A stretch of 63,804 bases of DNA, counting the filler, from Octopus bimaculoides (taxonomy: Eukaryota): the NCBI RefSeq assembly GCF_001194135.2. It is 6 parts of 6 records of this genome, joined end to end, with 100 filler letters (N's around TTAATTAATTAA, not from the genome) between each part and the next. Parts side by side here need not be neighbours in the genome. Positions count along the whole stretch, not along the records: positions 14,506 to 27,006 come from NC_068984.1; positions 27,107 to 35,928 come from NC_069000.1; 4 more parts are not named here. The stretch is one strand, 5' to 3'. Shown in pieces: positions 23,025 through 35,928 of the stretch (its first letter is position 1; each line of letters starts with the position of its first letter). The notes under the pieces are model-generated. The model had not been told where the DNA came from. It saw only the letters and a program-made list of their open reading frames with translations, and did no database searches. A program made the position numbers and the translations under genes.

Positions 23025-23413
23025 CGTGTGCGTGTGTGTGTGAGTGTGCGGTGTGCGTGTGTGTTTGTGTGCGTACGTGTGTGTGTACATACGCATGTGT
23101 CATACCATACAATATCAATTTACTGTTGTCTGTAACACTGCATTTTATAACGAGCGTTACCGTAAACCTCGACTGCCAAGATAGATCAGGTCGAAGACCA
23201 CAATTAGTTGAAATTTGATGACAGACTCTTAAAATCAGAGTAATCAATTATATTGCTTTTATTTCTATCATAGCCGTTCCACTATCATTGCTGTTATATC
23301 AGCCATCCATATTCATGATAATGTGTATCTGGATTCATATGATGTTTTCCATCGCACATTACATATATACATACATATATAAAAATACACGTTCATACAT
23401 ACATACATACGCA

Positions 23414-23475
<62 letters not shown>

Positions 23476-24367
23476 ATCATTATAGTAGGGAATGATACTA
23501 GAAACTGTTTGATAATAGATGTAATCTGCCCATTCGACACTGCATTTTATTCACCCTTTAAAACTGAAAAGCAAAGTTGATCTCGGCTAGATTTAATCGA
23601 AGAAAGTAAAAAAACTCCAGAACAAATACCGCAAGTGGTTTGATAAGAAAAACAGTCAAAATATTGAGCAAAAATCGGAGGACTCTGCCAAATCACCACG
23701 AACTCAAGAGAAAACATTTACATAGTTGATCAACCTGCTAGAAATAGTAACCAATTCCCTTCAAATTGTAGCTTTGTGCTCTCAGCTCCTGATGTAACTG
23801 TAAGGACGTATTTTAAGGACATTTTGAACTTTGCAGGTTCTGTAGCTCCGACGCTCTGACTACAACCAATTTCTCACAGTCAAAAAGGAAGACAAATGTA
23901 AAAGAAACTTCCCCAGTTGAGAACTGGTACTTGTTTATTGAGGAAATTACGATGAAAAGCAAAATTGATTTTAGAGTGTAGCGATCCGAATTGAGTGCCG
24001 TAGAGCTATCTATTCAACGCTATAAAAGCTCATAATTCACAGCCTTAATGCGTTAAAATACGAAACAGATTTAGACAAAGTAGAAAATGTAATCACCTAT
24101 ACACAATGCCAGCAAAAATAAATAAATAAATAAAATAAAAGTGTTGGGATGGCCAAGATTAGAACGTCTAATCGGTCAGTTGGATTCGGCCAGTCGAGGC
24201 TGCGCAACAACAACAATAATATTCTAACTTTTAAGGGACACAATCCACAAAAAGAAGAGAGCGCAACTAACGGGGGAAAAAAACTGTCATAAGCACAGGT
24301 GTGACTGTGTGGACTAGCGTAGTTAGTTAGGGCTGGTCCTCCCCGAGCGGCACATACTCCAGCTAGG

Positions 24368-24631
24368 GTGGTGGCTGTGTGATAAGAAGCTTGCTTCCCA
24401 ACAACATGAATCTGGATAAAGTCGCACTGCATGGCACCTTAGGCAAGAGCCTTCTACTACAACCTAGGCCCGACTAATGCCTTGTGAGGGAATTTGGCAG
24501 AGAGAAACTGAAAGATGCCCATCGTGTGTGTGTGTGAGTGTGTGTATGTGTGTGTGTATGTATATGTATATATATNNNNNNNNNNNNNNNNNNNNNNNNN
24601 NNNNNNNNNNNNNNNNNNNNNNNNNNNNNNN

Positions 24632-24662
<31 letters not shown>

Positions 24663-24855
24663 ATGTGTGTGTGTATTTGCGTATCTGTGTCTCTGTGTGT
24701 ATGTGCGTGTATTTGTGTCTGTGCTTGTTCCCCATCAATTTGAAACCGATGTTGGCGCATTTACGATTCCGTAACTTAACAGTTCGGCAAAAGGAACCGA
24801 TGGATTAAGTACCAGGCTTAAGAAAAGGAAGGAAGACAAGGACTGGGGTCGATAT
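24368..24855 (+). mobile_element. SINE family B spanning a gap
   Basis: Head GTGGCTGTGTGATAAGAAGCTTGCTTCCC, core CACCTTAGGCAAG, tail CGTAACTTAACAGTTCGGC...CTGGGGTCGAT. Confidence 0.8.
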
Positions 24856-24950
24856 GTGTTAGTGTATTTGTTTGTGTACACCGTATGCTTTTGTATGAGT
24901 AAGAGAACCAACTACCTACCTGGGAGCACGAAAAGCTCGCAAAAGGATTG

Positions 24951-24997
<47 letters not shown>

Positions 24998-25135
24998 ACT
25001 CATGTATATATGTATATTCATACAAATGTATGTATGTATGCATGTATGTATTATTTATATATGTACACATACATACATACATACATATATAGAGAGAAAG
25101 ATAGATAGATAAATAGATAGCTAGATAGATAAATC

Positions 25136-25191
<56 letters not shown>

Positions 25192-26360
25192 CGTACGCGC
25201 GCGCGCGAACACACATACACACATATACACACACATATTTCAATAAAGGAGTGTGTATCTTTATATGCCTCTGTAGAGGGAGAGATAAAGATAGATTGAG
25301 AAAGAAAGAAAATGAAAGAAAGGGAGAGAAAAGAAGAAAGAAAAAATTTATGCGTGAGAATTTCAAAACAGTATGAGTGGACGTGAGAAAAGACAGGGAA
25401 GTGTGCACATGACGTAAGCTATAATATTTGACACTTTCAGGGCGGTTTATAACGCATAAAGACACCACACCTATCCCCAATGGTCAGGTAAAGCTGTGTT
25501 GTTACTGTTTGTTAGCCCGATGCTGTACTGCTACGAAATTGCCTAGAGGATAAAATATTGGGCAACAAAAGTAGGGATCAGGAGTTCAGTCTTCTGTTGG
25601 AGAGTCGTTATAGTTTTTTTCTACCCAAATCATCGCTGTTTGAATACCTATGATAACACAGTATTGAAGTCGGGACAAACCTGCTTTTTTTTTTTTTTTT
25701 TAAGACGATAGAGTGCGATTTCGGAGGGTTTTTGTAGGTTCCTTTGTCATTTTATTAACCCTTAGTCAAGCCTAAGCAAGCAGATCTAAGATAGAAGGCA
25801 TTCAAGCTGTGACACCCTAACCTTTTTAAGACTATAGAGTGTGAATGCATGGTATTTTACTGCTACTTCGAGTATGTTTAGTGTTCTGATAGACAATCCC
25901 TCGTTTTTGATGGTGTTTATCTCCAGGACAGATAATATCGATGAGGTCAAAAGCGTTCCAGTCATGACATTCCCACTTTTTTTTTTTTTTAGATATACTA
26001 CATCTAAGACTGCATATTTAATGTGCCCTATTTTTCTAAGACCAAATGGTACGTGATTGTATAGAAGTTTGGCTACTTTTTCTAGTTGGTTCAGCAACCA
26101 CATTCAGACACCTTCATTGGCTCCTAGTAATATGGTCGATCAGCCTCAGTTCAGTTCCGAGAGAAAAGAGCTACGACCCAATGCATTCTTGGCGTGACCA
26201 TTTCGACATTTTTAATATCTCTGTCTACTCAGTCCAATGCGTATTTCCTTATTTTAAAATCGGTACAGCATGATTTGAGAGATAATTGTTTGCTACATCT
26301 AGCTGCTGAATCATCCAATTACAGACACCTTATATTACTGATTAGTTAGATTTCTAATGT

Positions 26361-26670
26361 GGAGGCGCAATGGCCCAGTGGTTAGGGCAGCGAGCTCGCA
26401 GTCATAGGATCGCGGTTTCGATTCCCAGACCGGGCGTTGTGAGTGTTTATTGAGCCAAAACGCCTAAAGCGCCACGATGGTGGCGAACTCTGCTGTACTC
26501 TTCCACCACAACTTTCTTTCACTCTTACTTCCTGTTTCTGTTGTGCCTGTAATTCAAAGGGTCAGCCTTGTCACACTGTGTCATCCTGAATATCCTCGAG
26601 AACTACGTTAAGGGTACACGTGTCTGGGGAGTGCTCAGCCACTTGCACGTTAATTTCACGAGCAGGCTGT
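26361..26670 (+). mobile_element. SINE family A variant (same type as 5051-5432)
   Basis: GGAGGCGCAATGGCCCAGTGG...GGTTTCGATTCCCAGACCGGGCGTTGTGAGTG...GTGCTCAGCCACTTGCACGTTAATTTCACGAGCAGGCTGT. Confidence 0.9.
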
Positions 26671-26747
26671 GGATAGAAAGGATAGCCACGAAACCCGAAT
26701 GGGTATAATGCACGCAATACTTGACGAGTATACTACTAGTGTAAGTA

Positions 26748-26984
26748 GTGGTAAGTAGCTTGCTAACCAACCACATGGTCCCAGGTTCAGTCCCACTGCG
26801 TGGCACCTTGGGCAAGGGTCTTCTACTATAGCCTCGGGCCGACTAAAGCCTTGTGAGTGGATTTGGTAAATGGAAACTGAAAGAAGCCCGTCATATGTAT
26901 GTATGTATATATATATATATATATTTGTGTGTGTATTTGTGTGTCTGTGTTTGTCCCCAGTAGCATTGCTTGACAACCGATGCT
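26748..26984 (+). mobile_element. SINE family B, truncated at both ends
   Basis: GTGGTAAGTAGCTTGC...GGTTCAGTCCCACTGCGTGGCACCTTGGGCAAG...GACAACCGATGCT. Confidence 0.85.
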
Positions 26985-27106
26985 TAGGAATGAGAACCCG
27001 GGTTCGNNNNNNNNNNNNNNNNNNNNNNNNNNNNNNNNNNNNNNNNNNNNTTAATTAATTAANNNNNNNNNNNNNNNNNNNNNNNNNNNNNNNNNNNNNN
27101 NNNNNN

Positions 27107-28210
27107 ACTGTCCAACTGCATTGTTGGGAACTGGAGAGATGGACTGGTGAAGTTGCTTGGGGTTTGGTTCGGATTAGACTTCCAGGTGGATAAAAATTAA
27201 GATGAGGTGACAAGTAGAGTAGCCAGTCTCACCCAGAAATGGGCTGCAAGGAAGTTGTCACTGAAAGGTCAGGTGGAGGTAGCGAATGTGTACACCATGT
27301 CTGTCATCTACTACTACTTGACAGTCATGCCTTGTCGCTGTTCACGCTTCGCTAAGTTGGAGCGCGTCCTCTTCAAATTCTTGTGGAGGGAACAGGTTCC
27401 ATTGGTACGGCAGTCCATCTTCTGCTAGCACCTTCTACATGGAGAGCTGGTGATGCCATGATGAATGCTGCATAGATATGCACTGGAGCTGCAGCATCTC
27501 CAGATATTCTGCCTAAATGGTGAACAAGTATGGTCGCCGTTTGTCAAACAGGCCTTTCCCAGATTGTCTCCTTGACTGAAGAAGAGACCCAGACTGGGTA
27601 ACTGGCATCTGGAGTGTTGCCAGGCACTCACTGCCCTCTACCAGGTGGGAAAATCGGTCAATGGAGCATCCACTCTTGAATTCTATAGAGGGTTAGTGGT
27701 GAAAAAGTGTGATGATGCAGTCGTAGAAGCTCTGGATGTTGAAGTTGAATTGACCAGTCTGTTCCAGAGGATCTTTGAGTCTGAGATGATGAATAACTTC
27801 CAGAAATCCCTTATTTGGCAGTGCTACCTAGGTGGGGGCACTGCTAGTTTGAGATAAACTCTACAGGGACGGATGTGCAGTCAGACGGACCTGCCTGAGA
27901 TGCGTGCAGTGACAAAACCATTCTTCACACACTCATCCAGTGTCAATGCATTATTGACTTGTGAAGTTATGTAGAACAGTTGTTGTCACATGTAGGATTG
28001 ATCCGGCCATTGGCCGAGTCCATAGGGAAGACTGACCTGCCACTTTCTTTTGGCCAAGAAAGGCAGGCAATTTTCCTCTGTCTGGTAGCAGTAGCCAATA
28101 TCTCATCAACTTTTCTCTTCAGCCAATATCTCATCAACTTTTTCAAACTTCACTCGGAAAGGAAGATGAGAGTGGAAAGAGAAGGGATGTCCCCAGGTGT
28201 GCTTCAACCA
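27107..28210 (+). pseudogene. Decayed Tx1/L1-clade LINE ORF2, post-RT region and C-terminal Zn-knuckle
   Basis: VKLLGVWFGLDFQVDKN*DEVTSRV...WAARKLSLKGQVEV...LERVLFKFLW; later NNFQKSLIWQCY, RDKLYRDG, TCLRC..TILHTLIQC, LINFFKLH..RKMRVER; multiple stops and frameshifts. Confidence 0.85.
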
Positions 28211-28392
28211 ATTTAGCTATTTTCACCTAAAATGTACAGAAGTTTCTGTCAATTGAACCACTAGTATGCATGGAAAGCCACAATTTTAGTAGAAACACCA
28301 TCTTCTCCTTCTCTCCTGAAGGTTTGCCATCCTTTTTCCTGAATCCCTGGTACATAACATGTCAACAAAAAAAAAATTATTTAAGAAATTAT

Positions 28393-30218
28393 TTATTCAC
28401 AAAAGCAGACCATTTTTCTTTTAATTTACAGCAAAGTAACCAGCTCTTCTACGTTCGGCTCTGTTTTGGAGAGGGCAACCCTCATTTCTTGTGTGACATC
28501 TAGTCAATTTCATGACTTCGTTTTGATGGCAAAGAGAGTGGAAAGTGCGGTCTCCCATTAATAGGTGGTTGGAAATGGCATCTGTACTTTAAGAGACATC
28601 TTTGCAACATCAAGATATGACTGTGCCATTTCAATCCAAAAGTTAGACCAGCACATTTCATGGAAAAAATATTTTGCATCTTGATCATTGACCAAATCAA
28701 TGAACTGCTCTTGAATTAAATTGCCTTCTGTTGGCAGATCACTAATAGAATGTACAAAGGGGTTCCTGATAAAGCAGAAGTATTTGTTAAAGTCATGAAG
28801 ATCAGGAAAATAAAGAGAATATTTCTCTGTGTCGTATTGATATGTGTTGTTTCATGAATTCTATGATATTGTCATTGACTTGAAATTCGTTTTCATCAAT
28901 AAACATATTTAGTTGAGAAAATGATGCAAAGTTCTTTCTATCCAGCTTTGGATGCCAAAGTTCAAGCTTCATTTTGAAAGCAGTTAGTTTTTCATAAGAA
29001 TGAAGCATGGTTATCTCTTTCCCTTGTAGTGAAAGATTGGTGGCATTCACTGATTTGAATATGACACCAAAAATACCAAGCAGGTCAGAAAATGAACATC
29101 AGAGAATTTAGTGTGTAAATTTGCCTTGACATCTTGCAAAAAATCATGGACTTCTTTCCGTAGAAGGAAGACCCTCTTTATTGTTTACCTCTTAAAAGCC
29201 ATCTCACTTGTGAGTGCAACAGAAGTGTTTCGAATTCAGAATCAGTTTCTTTGCACAGCTCAGCAAATAAATGGAAGTTGAGTTTGTTCACTTTGATGAA
29301 GTTCACCACTGTAATCATGTAATTCAGAACATCTTTTAACTCATCAGGCATGGTTTTCACGATTAGTGTTTGTTGATAAATTGTGCAGGGTGTACCAATG
29401 GCACCTTCAGATTTTTCTTTCACCCAAGTCTGAAAACCAGAATGGCAACCAAGCATTGCCGGAATGCTGTCAGTGCCAATGACATGCTCTCAGTTGAAAT
29501 CATGTGCCTCAAACAATTTGTCCACTTTGTTAACTATTTCCCTTGTGGTTGTTTTCGTGCTGAAGGTTTAGAAAAACAGGATTTCATCCTCCAGGTGATT
29601 GCTATGTACATAATGTACATAGATGCAAATTTGGGTTAAGTTGGAAACATCTGTCATTTCAGCAAGATGGATCGCGGGAAAATTCAAAAGCGAATTGTGA
29701 ATCTTAGAGACCAACTGCTTTAGTGTTATCAGATAGATCAGTTATTCGTCTGCTGACAGTATCATTTGAGAGAGAGAGACATGCTTCAGCTTCTGAAGTT
29801 CAGAACTTCCTAGCACATTCGATATGATATCTCTGTAGCAAGGCAATATCAGCTCTTCACCAATAATGTGGGGCTTTTTTGCAACAGCTATTTTCCTCAT
29901 GGAAAGCTTTCAAACCAGGCATATTGTCCAGCGAAAACATTTCTGTCATCAAGTCTGGACTTCATCAAGTCTGGACTTCATCAAGTCTGGACTTCATCAA
30001 TCTGTCAACTTCACATCTGAAGAAGTTGACATCTCTATTTATTGAACTGAGATGCTTCTTTTCCAAGTGCCTCTTTAACTAGCTGGGCTTTAGTGAAGCA
30101 GATGCCAAAATCTCAGAGCACAAAACACATTGTGGTTTCCTTCTCAACAAGACTTTATCACAGTAAAACCAAATTTCAAATGAGATTTGTCATATCTCAT
30201 TTTCTTTTTTGGAGGCAT
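28393..30218 (-). pseudogene. Near full-length decayed hAT transposase, Buster/ZBED5-like
   Basis: ATG at 30218 (MPPKKKMRYD..LKFGF), BED-like QCVLC..LKPS*LKRHL, TVVNFIK..LLLHSQVRWL, NLSLQG..AFKMKLELW, and hATC dimerisation motif PFPTTY..KS*N*LDV..MRVALS. Confidence 0.9.
29946..30000. repeat. 16-bp tandem repeat x3.4 disrupting the hAT ORF
   Basis: TCATCAAGTCTGGACT at 29946, 29962 and 29978. Confidence 0.95.
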
Positions 30219-30248
30219 TATGAAAAAGACAAAATTCAGTAAACCATC

Positions 30249-30397
30249 TCTGTAACTTAGCGGTTTGGCATAAGAGACCAATAGAATAGGTACCGAGCTT
30301 TAAAAAAAGTAAGTACTGGGGTTGATACATTTGACTAAAAATTCTTCAAGATGGTGCCCCAGCATGGTCACAGTCTCATGACTGAAACAAGCAAAAT
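30249..30397 (+). mobile_element. SINE family B tail
   Basis: GTAACTTAGCGGTTTGGC...GGTGCCCCAGCATGGTCACAGTCTCATGACTGAAACAAG. Confidence 0.75.
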
Positions 30398-31779
30398 AAC
30401 CAGAATATACAGAAAAACAAAGCGAGTAAATTTATATACAAGCAAGAAAGAATCTTGTCTTACCAAGGTAGGAAACAATAGATCCAGAGTACTCTATTAG
30501 GACAAGTATTAAGTTGGAAAGCTCAAGTCATGGGCTTCTGTGCAGTTTCTCTCTTCTAAATTCACTCACAAGTCTTTGGTCAACCAAAGGATATTGTAGA
30601 AGACACTTGCCTAAAGTGTTGTGTAGGACCCATTCTTCTCTCATTAGACATAATAATTAAAATTGCATCACACAATGTGTCCTTTCTTGTTGGTAGTTAG
30701 CTCCAGAACATTTTGACAAAAAGAAAAGACAAGAAAAAGAAACATGTTCATCTTAACTCATCTTTTCTTTTCTTTTCTTTTATTTTTGCCTTCATTTTTA
30801 AAACTGACCTGGAATACAGAGGTCAGGTCACTAAAGAGATTGATTGTTCAACCAACAAACTAGATAGTTGGTTAGGTAGCTAATTGACTGACAATAAAGG
30901 AGTAAAACTGAACTACCATTATTATTGGTGTAATGACCTTCCTTAGATACAACAAGATTTATTTAATGAACAAAATACAAAAACAAAGTTTAAATTAGAG
31001 CTTTCCATCATAATTTCATTTGCAAACATTTTGTAATGTTACAAAATACTAGTTCTTATAGAAAACAAAACCATGCTAGTTATTTTATTAAATCCTTCCA
31101 ATTCTTTATTCTCAAAACTAATTAAAACATATTGGTAGTGCTAGTAATGGGATCACAGAAGGATTAACCCATTTACTAGCGTTAACAGAAGAGTAAGAAT
31201 TTCAAGGAGATTTGGAGATTTAGCTGCTATCCCTAGCTGGTCCAGCGATCGCAGAGGCTGGTTTGCTGGTTCAGTTATGCTGTCAGTAGCATATATTTTG
31301 GGGTAACCACAAATATACCTTATACAATCATCTTCCCCACCACTCCCTATGCGCTCCTCTCGTTCATTCACAGTGATGGCGGCTGTGGTGATGAAGGTTG
31401 CAATAGTGAGATATTATAGGTCTGTTGCTTCAGTTTTTCTTTCTCCAGTTTACAGCTCTTCTTGCATTCATCCACCCAGCTTGGTGATAATGGTAGCGCG
31501 GAGGTCATACTAGAATACACTAGCCATACATCTCAAGTCCTACCCTTTATCTTTCACTCTCTCTCTTTATTTCTGCTCCTTTCCTCCTTCACCCCCCACA
31601 TTCCTTTTTCTCTCTCTTTCTCTCTCCTTTCTTCTTCTCTCTCTCAACCTCATTGAGAGATTTTTTCAATTGTCTGCATTCCAGCTATTTTCTTCACCTT
31701 GTCATGGTTGACTGACCAGCTGACTGCTTGACTGCTGTGCCATCTCATTCAGAGAAAGGTTTCTTTCACAATGAATCCT

Positions 31780-31822
<43 letters not shown>

Positions 31823-31865
31823 TGCACACACGTGTGTATGCGTATGTATGCATGCATGCATGTGT

Positions 31866-31900
<35 letters not shown>

Positions 31901-32020
31901 ATGTATCTATGTAGATATTCCTGTCTGTGCATATACATATGTATGTACATACATACATACATGCATATGTACATACATATATGCATGCATACATATGAAT
32001 ATATGAATGTATGTATGTAT

Positions 32021-32412
32021 TTTATTCTTTTATTCTTTTACTTGTTTCAGTCTTTTGACTGTCACCATGCTGGAGCTCCACCTTTAGTTGAACAAATCGA
32101 CCCCAGGACTTATTCTTTGTAAGCCTAGTACTTATTCTATTGGTCTCTTTTGCCAGACTACTAAGTTACAGAAATGTAAACACACCAATATTGGTTGTCA
32201 AGTGATGGTTGGGGGACAAACACAGATACACACACAAATATACACAAACACACACACACACACACGTGATGGGCTTCTTTCAGTTTCCACTCACAAGACT
32301 TTGGTTGGCCCAAGGTTATAGTAGAAGACACTGGTCCAAGGTGCCAATGCAATGGGACTGAACCCAGGCCCATGTGGTTGGGAAGCAAGCTTCTTACCAC
32401 ACTGCTACACTG
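32021..32412 (-). mobile_element. SINE family B, full length
   Basis: Reverse complement of the head, core and tail seen at 7878-8260. Confidence 0.9.
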
Positions 32413-32923
32413 CATCTATTTGTGTGTGTATGTCCCCGGTTTTTTCTAATATGTCTAAGGATCTCATTCTGTGGAAGACAGGGTAGAGCAACTGCTGTGC
32501 TGATGATGTCTATTGAGACAGACATACCTGTCTATGACTGTTCTCTTGTCTCTGAGATATTTTTTCCTCAATGTCAACTTTCAGGGAATTCTTGATTTAT
32601 GAGATCATCTCCCCTTTATTTTTGGAGTCTTCAATTCCCAATCACTGATTGTTCTACCACTTTATCTAGAAATCGAGATAATATCAATAAATCAAGAATT
32701 TAATCCTGTATGTTAATTAATATGCTTTTATTTGTCTTTGTTGTGCATAAACATAAATGTTGGCCACTGTGAATTATGGGTTATAGTAAAGCTTGGTACA
32801 ACCTTCTTGTAAGCTCCTGTTAAACTATTCAATCCAAGCCAGCATGGAAAGTGGACTTTAAATGGTGAGAATAATGATTATATATATATCTGTAAAAATA
32901 TGTGACACTTATTCGGTAGCCAT

Positions 32924-32984
32924 GATAAAACTCCGAGTTTCGGATGCCAGGGTAGGAGCCCACACCAACATCTCTTCAGTTATC
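32924..32984 (-). ncRNA. Mirror hammerhead motif in the left arm
   Basis: Minus strand GATAA-CTGAAGA-GATGTTGG...GGCATCC-GAAACTCGGAGT-T-TTATC; stem III ACTC-G-GAGT is near-palindromic. Confidence 0.65.
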
Positions 32985-33467
32985 CGGCCATTGAAAAATC
33001 TTGTGAAAAATGACGGAGTTTTAGACGCGTTTTAACCTTATAGCTTTCCCACAGTTTTTTGCTTTTAGCCCTATAAAATTTTTTTTTGCGTGTGTGTGTA
33101 TGGGTGCAGGGTTGTTGTGTGTGTGTGAGTGCAGGTGTGTATGCGTGTATATATATGCATATGTACATATATGTATAGTTTTTGGAGTATATGTGGGTGA
33201 GCATGTGTGTGTTCACATATATGTATAGTTTTTGGCGAGTATGTGGGTGAGCATGTGCGTGTTTCAAGCGAGGGTGGTTTAGTATATAAATATAGGCGAA
33301 TGTGTGGTTTGGTGCGCTTACGTGAACCTATACACTTCTCTACTCCCTTACTTTTACCCCCTCCCTTTACTTAGCAGTCTATTAGTTCTTTTGTCTTAAT
33401 AACAGTCAATCACACAGTAATTTCCCTTTGTTTAATGATCATTTTTCACAGAAATTTTCAATGGCCG

Positions 33468-33528
33468 GATAACTGAAGAGATGTTGGCGTGGGCTCCCAC
33501 CCCGGCATCCGAAACTTGGAGTTTTATC
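33468..33528 (+). ncRNA. Type I hammerhead ribozyme motif with canonical CUGAAGA core
   Basis: Stem I GATAA/TTATC; CTGAAGA (33473-79); long stem II GATG...CATC with inner GTGGG/CCCAC; one extra C; GAAA; short stem III; triplet GTT. Confidence 0.65.
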
Positions 33529-33744
33529 ATGGTTACTGAATAAGTGTCACATATTTTTACAGATAAATTCCTCTATTTACATAATATTGAGGTCTCTTTT
33601 TTTCTTTTGTTGTCCTTCCTATCAATATATATATGTATATATATATATATAGTCATTTTGATCAATTGAAATATGTTTGAGACATATTTAATCTTATGTT
33701 ATGACCTGAAGGACTACGATAAATCTAGAAGGACTGCAAATTGT

Positions 33745-33968
33745 TATGATCTCCTACCAGCATACTAAATTCTCTGCTATATCTAGTACTTATTGCTGAC
33801 TTTCACCTTATTGACAATATCCCTGTATGTGGCTTGGATGGCTCTCACTAACTGTGCATCTACCTTAAGCTTCCACAGTGACCATCAGGGACTCTGTCAA
33901 AGGCTTTCTCCATGTTGACAAATACCAAGTACAGTGGTTTGTTTTTAGCCAAATGCTTTTCCTGGATA
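33745..33968 (-). pseudogene. RTE reverse-transcriptase fragment
   Basis: QEKHLAKNKPLYLVFVNMEKAFDRVP...LVRAIQATYRD (RT DxxKAFD motif region). Confidence 0.9.
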
Positions 33969-34159
33969 CATTGTTTTTTTGGCACCAGCACTAGTGAGGT
34001 CACTTTGTAAATTGCAAGACTAAAAAGCCTTTTTCCTGAGAGGGAGAATTAAAGAAAGGGAAGTGGCTGTATGTTAAGTGTTAAGGTTAAAGTACCTCTG
34101 ATGCTTTTTATGCCCAATTTATCTTTCAACACATTTGTACTCCATTGTTAATGTACACT

Positions 34160-34700
34160 AACATTACACATCCAACAGAGCATGGTGTTTGCAGGTTCTC
34201 TACATTCAGGGCCAATGTATCTCAACCATGTAGCATTTCAGTTTGTACATGTCATTGTAAAATCTGCCATTCACTTTGAGAGAAAAATCTGTTACCAACA
34301 GAGGTAACAGCTCCATAAATTTTTTTCTAGTCTGTTCGTATACTGTCTACTATACTTTCATGAGGTCTTCCTGAAATTTCTGTTCTAACCTTACAGCAGA
34401 TTCAGAATAAGGATCTACCTTGATATTAAGGGGAATCTATTTTCTATGTTCTCTCTGTACTTATTGCTCCACTGCATCTGACATTATAAAGTCTGTTTCT
34501 CTTCAATCTTCTTATGATTTCTCTGCACCTCTTGTGTGTCCATAAATTGCACTGGTACACCCCATGGAATTTCTACCTAGGACCTTCTGATTCCAAGTTT
34601 TGCTTATATACCTGGAATGTCTGTTCTAACCTTACAACAGATTCAGAATAAGAGTGAAGTCATCAGCATATAAGAATTCCCATTAGTAATGTAATCATTT
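34160..34700 (-). pseudogene. RTE reverse-transcriptase fragment with YADD and downstream region
   Basis: WEFLYADDF (YADD at 34659-34670), QVYKQNLES, KKFMELLPLL, WALNVENL, MLCWMCN; frameshifted. Confidence 0.85.
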
Positions 34701-34756
34701 ATCTGTCACACACTCACAAACACACATATACATACAGATATATTTACATATTCTTC

Positions 34757-34979
34757 TATTCTTTTATTCTTGTACTTATTTCAGTCATTTGACTGCGGCC
34801 ATGTTAGTCAAGGGTGTTAGTCAAAGAAATCAACCCCATGATTTATTCTTTGTAAGCCTAGTACTTATTCTTTCTGCTTCTTTTGCCGAACTGCTAAGTT
34901 ACAAATGACATAAATACACCAGCATCGGTTGTCAAACAATAGCAGGGGAACAAACACAAACACACACACACACAAATAG

Positions 34980-35014
<35 letters not shown>

Positions 35015-35054
35015 CACACACACACACACACATACATACATACATACATACATA
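34757..35054 (-). mobile_element. SINE family B 3' half, cut by gap
   Basis: TTTCAGTCATTTGACTGCGGCCATG...CTTTGTAAGCCTAGTACTTATTC...GCATCGGTTGTCAA. Confidence 0.85.
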
Positions 35055-35802
35055 NNNNNNNNNNGAGAAAACGCATGTTATAATTGCATACTTTATTCCT
35101 ACATATGTTTCAAAGGATTACAACCTGTGTGATCCATAGGGATCTTTGATATTAAAATTGTAACCATCTCATCAGGGAAAGCATGGGAATCATCTTAAAC
35201 GTAAGACATTATGACCGATTATGAAAACAATAGATGGATAAGGTTATGACTTGATTCATTTGAAAAAAACCGTTAGAGAATTGGACGCTGCCGGATAGTG
35301 GGTTGGACAACACATACCAATCAATGTGTAAGAGCGTACATGCATACATACATACACAGACACACACATATACGTGCATACTGATGCACACACACACACA
35401 CACACACATATACATGCATATATGCGCATATACACATACATACACATGTGCACCTGTATATACATATGTATACATATATATACACATGTATATATATACA
35501 CACACACACACATATATACATATAAATACACACCTGTATATATACACACTTATTAAAACATAGGTTTGTTTATATGTTCAAATATGAATGTACTTGTGAA
35601 TAAGTATGGGAGCATATTTGTGTAGATGTACTTTTTATCTTTATTTTTATCTTTTAAAAAAATATAAGTTAACGTTTAGATGTTTATGTATGTGTAAATA
35701 TAAATGTGTGTATATGATTGCGTATACAAGTTTATGTGAGTGTGCGTGTCCACATGTGTATGCATGTGTATATGCACGCACGCATGTGTATGTATGTATA
35801 TA

Positions 35803-35928
35803 TCATCATCATCATCATCATCATCGTTTAACGTCCGCTTTCCATGCTAGCATGGGTTGGACGATTTGACTGAGGACTGGTGAAACCGGATGGCAACACC
35901 AGGCTCCAATCTAATTTGGCAGAGTTTC
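35803..35928 (-). mobile_element. RTE 3' terminus with (GAT)n tail, cut by gap
   Basis: Nearly identical to 1178-1310. Confidence 0.85.

Larger units (their letters stand above)
32889..33563. mobile_element. Element with 125-bp inverted arms (32889-33013 / 33439-33563), TA on both flanks, microsatellite-rich spacer
   Basis: TA|TCTGTAAAAATATGTGACACTTATTC...TGTGAAAAATGA and TCATTTTTCACA...GAATAAGTGTCACATATTTTTACAGA|TA. Confidence 0.9.

Noticed and set aside
25786-26103. 105-aa minus-strand ORF
   Set aside because: AT-rich, includes a homopolymer run, no recognisable motif or splice support.
28193-28212. CAGGTGTGCTTCAACC as a possible hAT terminal inverted repeat
   Set aside because: It reads as a continuation of the Tx1 frame, and no matching repeat was found beyond the transposase 5' end.
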